A stretch of 14,843 nucleotides of DNA from Methanobacteriota archaeon (GCA_963787255.1 CAWBCJ010000017.1:1-14843); one strand, 5' to 3'. Positions 1-6,524 are shown, counted from the first letter of the stretch. Notes: generated from the sequence alone by a model not told the origin. Numbers and translations are program-made.

Positions 1-847
1 GTGTGCGCCGGTGAGCACCAACCCCGTGCCCTCCGAGATAGGAAAGGCGTAGTCGAAGGCCGGCGTCATGACCCATTCGCCCTTCTTGTCGATGTATCCC
101 CAGAGATTCTGGTCGTTGCAGGCGGGCGCCAACCCGTTGACCATGGCTCCCACGAAGGCATACATGGGCTCGATGGCCCATTTGCCCTTCTTGTCGACGA
201 AGCCCCACACGCCGTGCGCGGTCATGGCCGGGGCGATGCCGTCGTGGAAGGAGTCCACCGTGGCGAAGGTGGCATCGATCACCAGTTTGCCTTTATCGTT
301 GACGTAGCCCCAGTAGCCACCCGAGTCGTCTGACACGGGCGCCATGCCCTCGGAGAACCGCTGCGCCATGGCGTACACCGGCTGGATGACCCATTCGCCC
401 TTGGCGTCGATAAAGCCGTAACGCACTGTCTGGGTGTTCTCGTTGATGGCCGCCGCAGGCGCCTTGCCCTCGGAGAACAGTCCGGCCGCCTGAAAGACCG
501 GCTGTATGGCCATGGCCCCCGTCGCGTCGACATAGCCCCAGAGGCTGTCGGCGGTCTGGCACGGCGGCGAAGCCCTCCGAAAAGGGCTGTGCGTACTTGA
601 ACTGAGGTTCGATGACGAAGGCTCCGGTGAAGTCAACGTAGCCGTAGAGGCCGTCGTCGTTGGCCATGCGGTAGAGTGCGGGGCTTCCACCGGCGGCAGC
701 GGTGCCGCCTGACGAACCGTCTGGGCCGCCTGGAGTGTCGTTGGCGCATCCGGCCGCGAGCGCAGCCAGCAGAGCCACAACGCCAACTGTGAAAAACAAC
801 CAGCGGGCACGCGCCCGCGAAAAAGCACCTGTGTGCAGCGTCATCAC
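1..847 (-). CDS. WG-repeat (KWG/WG beta-repeat) lipoprotein; one frameshift near 559; runs off the left window edge
   Basis: Signal peptide with lipobox LAAG-C and a G/S/A linker, then repeats: YGYVDFTGAFVIEPQFKYAQPFSEG, and after removing one extra C near 559, WGYVDATGAMAIQPVF..FSEG, YGFIDAKGEWVIQPVY..FSEG, WGYVNDKGKLVI, WGFVDKKGKWAIEP, WGYIDKKGEWVMTP. The second frame stays open to position 1. Confidence 0.88.
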
Positions 848-912
848 GAACCAGATCCTTTCGACCAGGCCACCGCACCATCGCGTGGCTGCCTACCTCA
901 TGCCGTGTACAT

Positions 913-1413
913 GACAATAAACCAATTTTAAGCCTTGATGATTATTTGTTTGTAACTGTAAATAATGAAAAAATTAGGGATAATAATTATACTCATACTT
1001 TCTCCCGTTTAAACAATAAATGTGGGTTTGGGAAAAGAAGTCAGGGAAATCATTTTTTTACATCGCACAGGTTAAGAGTTGCTTTTGGGACAGCTGCAAA
1101 AAATAGAGGTATTGATCCTGTAGATATTAGGCGGATGTTAGGTCAAAGGGGAGATGAATTAGACGATGCGTATCTTAAAACAACTGCAGAACGTCTAAAA
1201 AGGGAGTATATGCGATTTGTGCAGGACTTGAGTGTTGAGAAGTTAGAAGTCATTGAGTACGGTGACAAAGAAGTTAGGGAAATGGCGCGTAAGATTGAGA
1301 TTCTGGAGAAGGCCCATTATAATTATAATGAGATTTTTGAGCTTTATGATGATCCTGAAGTTACCCAGGCAATTATCAGGGCTAAGGCACGTAAGATTCA
1401 AGAAAATAAGTAA
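913..1413 (+). pseudogene. Tyrosine recombinase/integrase, C-terminal half only (5' end cut by the GC junction)
   Basis: Catalytic motifs H-R-L-R (FTSHRLRVAF), MLGQ and Y (DDAYL). The frame is open upstream of 946 (DNKPILSLDDYLFV) and runs into the GC-rich block without a start or the first catalytic Arg. Confidence 0.85.
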
Positions 1414-1535
1414 AAGAAATATTTCCTATAAACTTGTGAATTCATAATTCATAAGATTATTACTTTTCTGATGCTCTTTAACTAGATCCTATTTATACTC
1501 TTGAAAAATAATCTCTAATTGGAATTATTTTCACG

Positions 1536-1555
1536 TTCACAAAACTAATTGTGAA
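1536..1555. promoter_or_regulatory. Inverted repeat TTCACAA-N6-TTGTGAA, candidate operator of the early operon
   Basis: Perfect 7-bp arms in the intergenic region after the integrase, downstream of a TATA-like TTTATAC at 1492-1498. Confidence 0.4.
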
Positions 1556-1592
1556 ATTCGATGGACCATTCGAAATATGGGAATAATTTAAA

Positions 1593-1604
1593 GGAGCGAC
1601 CAAA
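1593..1604 (+). promoter_or_regulatory. GGAGCGACC motif copy 1 (RBS of ORF 1607)
   Basis: GGAGCGACCAAACC followed by ATG at 1607. Confidence 0.75.
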
Positions 1605-1606
1605 CC

Positions 1607-1825
1607 ATGAATACATTACCGCAGGATCTAAGGATCCTGCATATCCCAAATAAGAGTATAATAGAATTAAAAAGTTTATTTTGTAATTTAAGTAAGAAAA
1701 ATAGTTATTCTTTTTTAGTTTGTTTTTCTTCGCATTCTTTAGCGAGTAAAAGGCGTCTTGTAACTTCTAAAGCAATTTTAGCAGGATCATATTTCCATTC
1801 TTCAGGGATATTTGGAGGCGTTTGA
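1607..1825 (+). CDS. Possible leader ORF (72 aa) translationally coupled to the ParB-histone gene
   Basis: ATG follows the motif RBS and its stop overlaps the next ATG (TGATG 1823-1827). The protein sequence is not recognisable. Confidence 0.4.
   Translation: MNTLPQDLRILHIPNKSIIELKSLFCNLSKKNSYSFLVCFSSHSLASKRRLVTSKAILAGSYFHSSGIFGGV
1621..1640. repeat. Perfect hairpin GCAGGATC-TAAG-GATCCTGC
   Basis: 8-bp GC-rich inverted repeat about 20 nt downstream of motif copy 1. Confidence 0.7.
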
Positions 1826-2799
1826 TGGAAAACAGAAAATACATGGTTACAATGAAGGATCCGATGTGTTTTGAGGCACATCCACTAAATAAGGAAATAT
1901 ACGGAACTGAAGAATTAGATACTGATTTTAAAGAAGATATACGCGATAACGGTATAAGAGAGCCTATTGTGGTAAATAGGGAAGGCTTCATTATTTCAGG
2001 TCACCGCAGGTGGAGAGCTGCAATAACAATAGGTTTACCTGAAGTACCTATCAGAATTGAAGAATTTGAAAGCCCAGAAAAAGAGGAAGAGGCTTTAATT
2101 GCTTATAACAAGCAACGTGTTAAGACTAAAGCCCAAATAGTCAGGGAGATTGAGAAATTAAATTTAATATATGAAACCCTTGGACTATCAAGACGTTTGA
2201 GCAATTTAAAGCAGTTTGAAGAAAATAACACCGAAGTTGCACTAGTGCAACATCGGGAGGAAGACACTAAAATACCAGAAAACATTCCCAACTTTGAAAG
2301 TGGCCTTGAATATTTAAACACACTTAAAAAAGGAGCCATCCCTGGAAAAGGAAGGAGTAATGAGCAGATAGCTGAACAGGTTGGAGTTTCTCCAAGGACA
2401 GTTTCAAGTGTAAAAAAAGTCTTGAAAGCATCCAATGATGAGGATCCTAAAATCAGTGAACCTGCAAAAGAAATCAAAAAAGATATGGAATCTGGAAAGA
2501 TTGGCTTTAAAACAGGCGCTGAAAAGGTGAATAAACTTATTAAGAAATCTAAAGGCCACAAAGGAAGACCTAAAGGTTCTACCAGCGGACCTATAAGTGC
2601 AACAGGTGTTAAAACTTTGGTTCAAAGTAGGTTAGCTGATTTTACTGCAGAAAATACTGGAGTTGAAATACTCAGGGAATGGCTTATGGAACAGGCCCAG
2701 GAGAAATCCTTGGAAGCAAAGAAATTAGCTCTTAAACGTGGGGATAAAAAGGTAAGGGAATCTGATTTCAGGCGTGTACTTGATAAGCCTGCTTATTAA
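1825..2799 (+). CDS. ParB/Srx-domain protein with HTH, AT-hook and C-terminal histone fold
   Basis: ParB-N: HPLNKEIYG...DIRDNGIREPIVV...IISGHRRWRAA..IGLPEVPI. HTH: SNEQIAEQVGVSPRTVSS. AT-hook-like KGRPKG. Tail EAKKLALKRGDKKVRESDF resembles the archaeal histone a2-L2-a3 region. RBS GGAGG at 1814-1818. Confidence 0.85.
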   Translation: MENRKYMVTMKDPMCFEAHPLNKEIYGTEELDTDFKEDIRDNGIREPIVVNREGFIISGHRRWRAAITIGLPEVPIRIEEFESPEKEEEALIAYNKQRVKTKAQIVREIEKLNLIYETLGLSRRLSNLKQFEENNTEVALVQHREEDTKIPENIPNFESGLEYLNTLKKGAIPGKGRSNEQIAEQVGVSPRTVSSVKKVLKASNDEDPKISEPAKEIKKDMESGKIGFKTGAEKVNKLIKKSKGHKGRPKGSTSGPISATGVKTLVQSRLADFTAENTGVEILREWLMEQAQEKSLEAKKLALKRGDKKVRESDFRRVLDKPAY

Positions 2800-3062
2800 T
2801 GCTCATGGAATTTTATGAGAAAATACCGAGAGGTGAACTGGAATTGACAGCAAAAAAAGAGGAATTTATTGGAGCGACCGAAGAACAAATAAATCCGATG
2901 AGTAGGATTAACATGCAAGATTACCTGGACACAATCCAGTACAAAGGCGCTGGAAAAAGGAATAAGCGAATAAAGGAATTTTGCATTAAATATAATCTCA
3001 CCAAAGAGGATTATGACATTTTAAGGATGAAAATAGTTAAAAATCAGTGGGTATTGGCATGA
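2799..3062 (+). CDS. Hypothetical viral protein (alternative start at ATG 2898 after motif copy 2)
   Basis: ORF coupled to the upstream stop (TAATG) and containing the motif at 2871. Confidence 0.6.
   Translation: MLMEFYEKIPRGELELTAKKEEFIGATEEQINPMSRINMQDYLDTIQYKGAGKRNKRIKEFCIKYNLTKEDYDILRMKIVKNQWVLA
2871..2882 (+). promoter_or_regulatory. GGAGCGACC motif copy 2, inside a hairpin spanning 2861-2896
   Basis: GGAATTTATT-GGAGCGACCGAAGAACA-AATAAATCC; in-frame ATG at 2898. Confidence 0.7.
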
Positions 3063-3202
3063 GAACGCTCAAGCCTAACAAATCCCATTCATCCTTTTTT
3101 TATAATGCGTGGCCTTTAATTGGATGGATAACTGCAATTATTGCCTATGTTATTATCATGATGATGCTTAATGACATCCGAATTTACAATTTTGGAGGTT
3201 AA
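3059..3202 (+). CDS. Small single-TM membrane protein (47 aa), not in the ORF track
   Basis: MRTLKPNKSHSSFFYNAWPLIGWITAIIAYVIIMMMLNDIRIYNFGG; ATGA overlap with the upstream stop; ends just before the next ATG. Confidence 0.7.
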   Translation: MRTLKPNKSHSSFFYNAWPLIGWITAIIAYVIIMMMLNDIRIYNFGG

Positions 3203-3204
3203 CC

Positions 3205-3468
3205 ATGAAAAGAAAGTCAAGAAATTTTAAAACACCTAAAAATACTGACAACTGGCAGAAAGAGCTTTTAAAACATATAGGCATGAGGGTAGACATAACA
3301 ATGAAATTAGGCAACGACAAAGCAATCTATAAAAATGTAAAGATTGTTAACGTGGACATTAAAGCAGGAAACAGGTTCATGATATTAACTGAGGAAGGTA
3401 AGGAATTAACATTAATCGGTGGAAATTATCTAATTGAAAAATTACCTGAAGAACGGCAAATATCCTGA
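3205..3468 (+). CDS. Putative Sm/Lsm-like (Hfq-type fold) protein
   Basis: Helix (WQKELLKHIG), then beta pattern MRVDITMKLG..IYKNVKIVNVD..N.FMIL...LTLIGGNY, resembling the Sm1 and Sm2 motifs. RBS GGAGG. Confidence 0.5.
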   Translation: MKRKSRNFKTPKNTDNWQKELLKHIGMRVDITMKLGNDKAIYKNVKIVNVDIKAGNRFMILTEEGKELTLIGGNYLIEKLPEERQIS

Positions 3469-3523
3469 AAATTTAAAGAAGGATTATGCAGAAAAAGTGA
3501 AAGCATCTAAATAAAATTTAAAT

Positions 3524-3535
3524 GGAGCGACCAAA
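3524..3535 (+). promoter_or_regulatory. GGAGCGACC motif copy 3 (RBS of ORF 3538)
   Basis: GGAGCGACCAAACT followed by ATG at 3538. Confidence 0.75.
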
Positions 3536-3537
3536 CT

Positions 3538-3654
3538 ATGATGAAAAATAATGATATAGATCCAATTGCAATTAAAGAATCAGAGCACTGGTTTGAAGGT
3601 ATAAAGCAGGCCATAAAAGAAGTTGACGAACTTATAGGAGACAGGGCAAGATAA
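3538..3654 (+). CDS. Small hypothetical protein (38 aa), not in the ORF track
   Basis: MMKNNDIDPIAIKESEHWFEGIKQAIKEVDELIGDRAR; motif RBS; ends in an AGGGC..GCCCT hairpin followed by a T-tract. Confidence 0.65.
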   Translation: MMKNNDIDPIAIKESEHWFEGIKQAIKEVDELIGDRAR

Positions 3655-3684
3655 GCCCTATTTTATTATTTTTAAGGTGATCCT

Positions 3685-4035
3685 ATGAGTAATAGAGTAG
3701 ATCGAGGATGGAAATTATACCTGCAAGATGCTGTTACAGTTGATTTTATAGCAAATGACAGCATGGCCTTTGATGTAAAAAGCAGCAGTGGAAAAGAAAT
3801 CTACAAAGTTGACATGGTAGATGATACCTGGAACTGCAGCTGCCATGATTTCCATAACAGAAATAAAAGGGAAAGCACTAAACAGTTAATTTGTATGCAT
3901 ATTCATGCTTCAATGTTCAAATTAGCTGAACTTTACAGGTTTGAGGAATTAAAAAAGGTTATTGCACAAGTAAAAAAAGGAAACAATAACAATGTGGTTT
4001 TAAAAGCATTTGAAGAAATTGAGGGAGGATTATGA
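3685..4035 (+). CDS. SWIM zinc-finger protein
   Basis: FDVKSSSG..YKVD....WNCSCHDF...ICMHIHA (CxC-n-CxH); RBS AGGTGA. Confidence 0.85.
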   Translation: MSNRVDRGWKLYLQDAVTVDFIANDSMAFDVKSSSGKEIYKVDMVDDTWNCSCHDFHNRNKRESTKQLICMHIHASMFKLAELYRFEELKKVIAQVKKGNNNNVVLKAFEEIEGGL

Positions 4036-4124
4036 ATTCTAATAAAATATTGAAAACAGACAGCCGAGGACATTCATTCTACGTGCAGGTAATAGAGGAG
4101 CTGGAGGAAGAGAAAGATGGTTAA
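4032..4124 (+). CDS. Very small hypothetical protein (30 aa)
   Basis: MNSNKILKTDSRGHSFYVQVIEELEEEKDG; RBS GGAGGA, ATGA overlap, and it bridges the two neighbouring ORFs. Confidence 0.5.
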   Translation: MNSNKILKTDSRGHSFYVQVIEELEEEKDG

Positions 4125-4332
4125 ATGTATTTTTACTGATGGTGCAGAATGCTGCAAATGCGTAATATGTAATCATGATATAAATAAGCCAAAGATCCAT
4201 GAATATACCTGTGCTAATTGTGGATACAAAGGAAAAACCAAAAAAGAAGCATACTGGTTTGAAGAATGCCCTAAATGTGGAGGAATTGTTGGATTTAAAC
4301 CTTGTCCAGCTAAAGATATGGTGGTTAACTAA
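4117..4332 (+). CDS. Cys-rich zinc-ribbon protein (10 Cys in 71 aa)
   Basis: CCKCVIC cluster plus YTCANCG...ECPKCGG; RBS GGAGG. Confidence 0.75.
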   Translation: MVKCIFTDGAECCKCVICNHDINKPKIHEYTCANCGYKGKTKKEAYWFEECPKCGGIVGFKPCPAKDMVVN

Positions 4333-4341
4333 TTTTATATT

Positions 4342-4353
4342 GGAGCGACCGAA
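4342..4353 (+). promoter_or_regulatory. GGAGCGACC motif copy 4 (RBS of ORF 4355)
   Basis: TTGGAGCGACCGAAT followed by ATG at 4355. Confidence 0.75.
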
Positions 4354-4354
4354 T

Positions 4355-4831
4355 ATGAAAGAAAATCAAGAGTATCAATTAGTAACTATGAAGATCCCTA
4401 TTGAACTTTATACAAAATCTAAAGCTTTGATTCCAGATAGAACTAAGGATTATATAGATCATTTGAATCGTAGAATAGCAACTAGTGATAGAGCTAGCAT
4501 GATTCAAAGAGAATTAGACGAAATTAAAACACGTCAAGAATTTTTAGAGCATGAATTAGAACTAGAATTAGGATTAAAAGAAGAGGAAGAGAAAGTATCT
4601 GGACAGTATAATGATATATTTAAACAGGCAATACAAACGATTAGAAACATTATAAATGCTGAAGGATGTATTGGCATGGATAAAATGGAATCTATTGCAG
4701 CTTTAAAGGATATCAGCTTTGCTGAATTAAAAATTAATTTACCTGAAGATATCCTGGAAAAGGTTGTTAATTACCATCCTCAGTATGTAGAGAAGGTTGA
4801 TTCACAGTTTGCAAGAGGAATAAGTAAATAA
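4355..4831 (+). CDS. Putative DNA-binding protein: RHH-like N-terminus plus coiled coil (start moved from 4199)
   Basis: YQLVTMKIPIELYTK beta-alpha pattern; acidic coiled coil IQRELDEIKTRQEFLEHELELEL; motif RBS before ATG 4355. Confidence 0.65.
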   Translation: MKENQEYQLVTMKIPIELYTKSKALIPDRTKDYIDHLNRRIATSDRASMIQRELDEIKTRQEFLEHELELELGLKEEEEKVSGQYNDIFKQAIQTIRNIINAEGCIGMDKMESIAALKDISFAELKINLPEDILEKVVNYHPQYVEKVDSQFARGISK

Positions 4832-4852
4832 AAAAAATAAGGAGGAGTTATT

Positions 4853-5098
4853 ATGGGAAAATTTGAAGAAGATAAAAAAAGAAGGGAAGAATTAATTAAA
4901 AAGGATATTGAGACTGCAGGAAAAATTTTAAAAAAATATCTTAAACCAGTATATGAAGGGGCTGGAGAAAAATGGACTGAAGAAAACGATGAAGATATGA
5001 ATACATTAGTAAAAGCAATATCCAATGCAGCAATACTTAAATCTCTTAATATTACATCAGAAATGTTAATAAAAGTTTTAACGCATCCAAAAGAGTAA
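4853..5098 (+). CDS. Hypothetical protein (81 aa)
   Basis: Strong RBS AAGGAGGAG; helical, charged sequence. Confidence 0.75.
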   Translation: MGKFEEDKKRREELIKKDIETAGKILKKYLKPVYEGAGEKWTEENDEDMNTLVKAISNAAILKSLNITSEMLIKVLTHPKE

Positions 5099-5109
5099 AT
5101 AATGAAAAT

Positions 5110-5168
5110 TTTGTAAAAATGAATGATACCAGGCCGAAACCTGGCATCAGGGAGCGTGCAACTCCCAT
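5110..5168 (-). ncRNA. Candidate sRNA-1 (double hairpin; first hairpin carries UUGCACGCUCC)
   Basis: On the minus strand: TATA TTTATATT (5196-5189), then AUGGGAG-UUGCACG-CUCCC, then UGAUGCCAGG-uUUCGg-CCUGGUAUCA, then a U-tract. The A/C mismatches on + become G-U pairs on -. Confidence 0.6.
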
Positions 5169-5235
5169 CTTAATTATTATCATAATCAAATATAAAGATA
5201 TGTAAAAATAATTTATTTTTTAAAATTAGTAAACT

Positions 5236-5308
5236 TGAAAGTACCAGGACCTAGATCCCGGTACCCAAGGGAATATTATTGGAGCGACCAAACTCTAATA
5301 AATCCCAT
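5236..5308 (-). ncRNA. Candidate antisense sRNA-2 (loop region UUUGGUCGCUCC, complementary to the motif sites)
   Basis: On the minus strand: TATA-like TTAAATATTTATAC (5340-5327), then AUGGGAUUUAUUAGAG-UUUGGUCG-CUCCAAUAAUAUUCCC, then GGUACCGGGA-uCUAGg-UCCUGGUACU, then UUUC. Confidence 0.65.
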
Positions 5309-5406
5309 TCCATATCTGTTTAGATAGTATAAATATTTAATGTAGAAATGCAAAGTAATAATTAACCCCACAAAAAAGACCGAAATCCAGATCGGAGGCA
5401 TAATAA

Positions 5407-6237
5407 TTGCATTCTGCGAAAGCTAAAATTTGTAAATATTGTGGTGAAATAATCGAAAACCCTACGCATTGGAAACAGAAATATCATCATGATCCAATGA
5501 ATGGAAATACTGAAAGCTGTACTGAACTGGCAAATAAAGAAAGAATCCGAATTGCAGTACGTAGATACCGTAAAAAGTTGATTAATAATGGATTAACAAC
5601 AAAAGGGAAAAAACGAAAATTAAATGTCTGCCAAATATGTGGAAGGATTCATAATGGAACTAATGGAATTAGATGTAGCAGCTGTTCTGATATAATTGTT
5701 TATGAACAGGCACTTGCAAGACGTAGAGATGCAGAACTAATTTTATGGAAACGACGCGTCAAAAGAAGAGATAATAATCTATGCCAGAAATGTGGAACGA
5801 ATAAAGATTTACAAGTACATCACATTAAAAATTACGCCCAATATCCTGAAATGAGATATAAGATTAATAACGGGATAGTATTATGTAAATCATGCCACAT
5901 CAGCCTTGATGGATTTCATTCAAAATATGGACGTAAAAACAATAATTTAAAGCAATTAGATAAATTTTTAGACAAAAATATTGTTTGTGAAGAATGTGGT
6001 GAAAATTTAAAAGAATCATTCCATGGAAACACGAAATATTGCAAAGAATGCAGGATAGATTTAAGACGCGAACAAACAAGAATCGCAATGCAAGACTATA
6101 GGCACAGATGGCCCTGGAGCAATCGAAATTTTAAAGGTTCAAGGAATGCACATTTAGGTGAAAGTGCTTTACCTAATTTCGATAAAGAATTCAAAAAAGT
6201 GCACAGGGAGAAAGTTAGATTGTGTGGCAATGATTAA
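5407..6237 (+). CDS. HNH endonuclease with flanking zinc-finger modules
   Basis: VKRRDNNLCQKCG..LQVHHI...NNGIVLCKSCH..FH; additional CxxC pairs on both sides; RBS GGAGG with TTG start. Confidence 0.9.
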   Translation: MHSAKAKICKYCGEIIENPTHWKQKYHHDPMNGNTESCTELANKERIRIAVRRYRKKLINNGLTTKGKKRKLNVCQICGRIHNGTNGIRCSSCSDIIVYEQALARRRDAELILWKRRVKRRDNNLCQKCGTNKDLQVHHIKNYAQYPEMRYKINNGIVLCKSCHISLDGFHSKYGRKNNNLKQLDKFLDKNIVCEECGENLKESFHGNTKYCKECRIDLRREQTRIAMQDYRHRWPWSNRNFKGSRNAHLGESALPNFDKEFKKVHREKVRLCGND

Positions 6238-6287
6238 CGTTTACACAAAATTATTGCTCACACCTTATTTTAAGGAAAATTAGTTTA

Positions 6288-6524
6288 TTGGAGCGACCAA
6301 CTATTAAATTCAGAAGAAGAGGTATCAAACCTGAAACTTCAGAGATTTATTCTATTTTAAATGAATGTCCTAATCCTAACTGCGATGCAGAAAATGATAA
6401 GTTAAGGCTAGATGAATCCCGTGCTGAAATCAGCTGTACGGTATGTGGTTATGTAATTGCAGATAGTGTTGATTATATTCATTCTGATAAAGAATTTTTA
6501 ATGATTATTGAAAAAGAACCTTAA
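6288..6524 (+). CDS. Stand-alone TFIIB/TFB-type zinc-ribbon protein
   Basis: CPNPNC....LRLDESRAEISCTVCGYVIADSVD fits the TFB N-terminal ribbon pattern; no cyclin folds. Start uncertain. Confidence 0.8.
   Translation: MERPTIKFRRRGIKPETSEIYSILNECPNPNCDAENDKLRLDESRAEISCTVCGYVIADSVDYIHSDKEFLMIIEKEP
6290..6300 (+). promoter_or_regulatory. GGAGCGACC motif copy 5 (start region of the TFB-ribbon gene)
   Basis: TTTATTGGAGCGACCAACT overlapping the predicted start. Confidence 0.72.

Noticed and set aside
1-914. ORFs 1..333+, 68..307+, 279..533-, 633..917-, 702..914+
   Set aside because: Shadow or alternate frames of the GC-rich WG-repeat gene.
1593-4353. The motif as an ordinary Shine-Dalgarno sequence
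   Set aside because: Only GGAG matches the anti-SD. The conserved CGACC(A/G)A does not, and other genes here use GGAGG or GGTGA.
4199-4354. N-terminal extension of the 210-aa ORF
   Set aside because: It overlaps the Zn-ribbon gene, and the motif RBS supports a start at 4355.
5110-5308. tRNA or simple rho-independent terminators
   Set aside because: No cloverleaf or T-loop. On + the stems carry A-C mismatches and lack following U-tracts. A terminator role for the second hairpins on - remains possible.
1593-6300. GGAGCGACC copies as a CRISPR or other tandem guide array
   Set aside because: The copies are only 9-12 nt, irregularly spaced 650-1300 nt apart and tied to gene starts; there are no cas-like genes.
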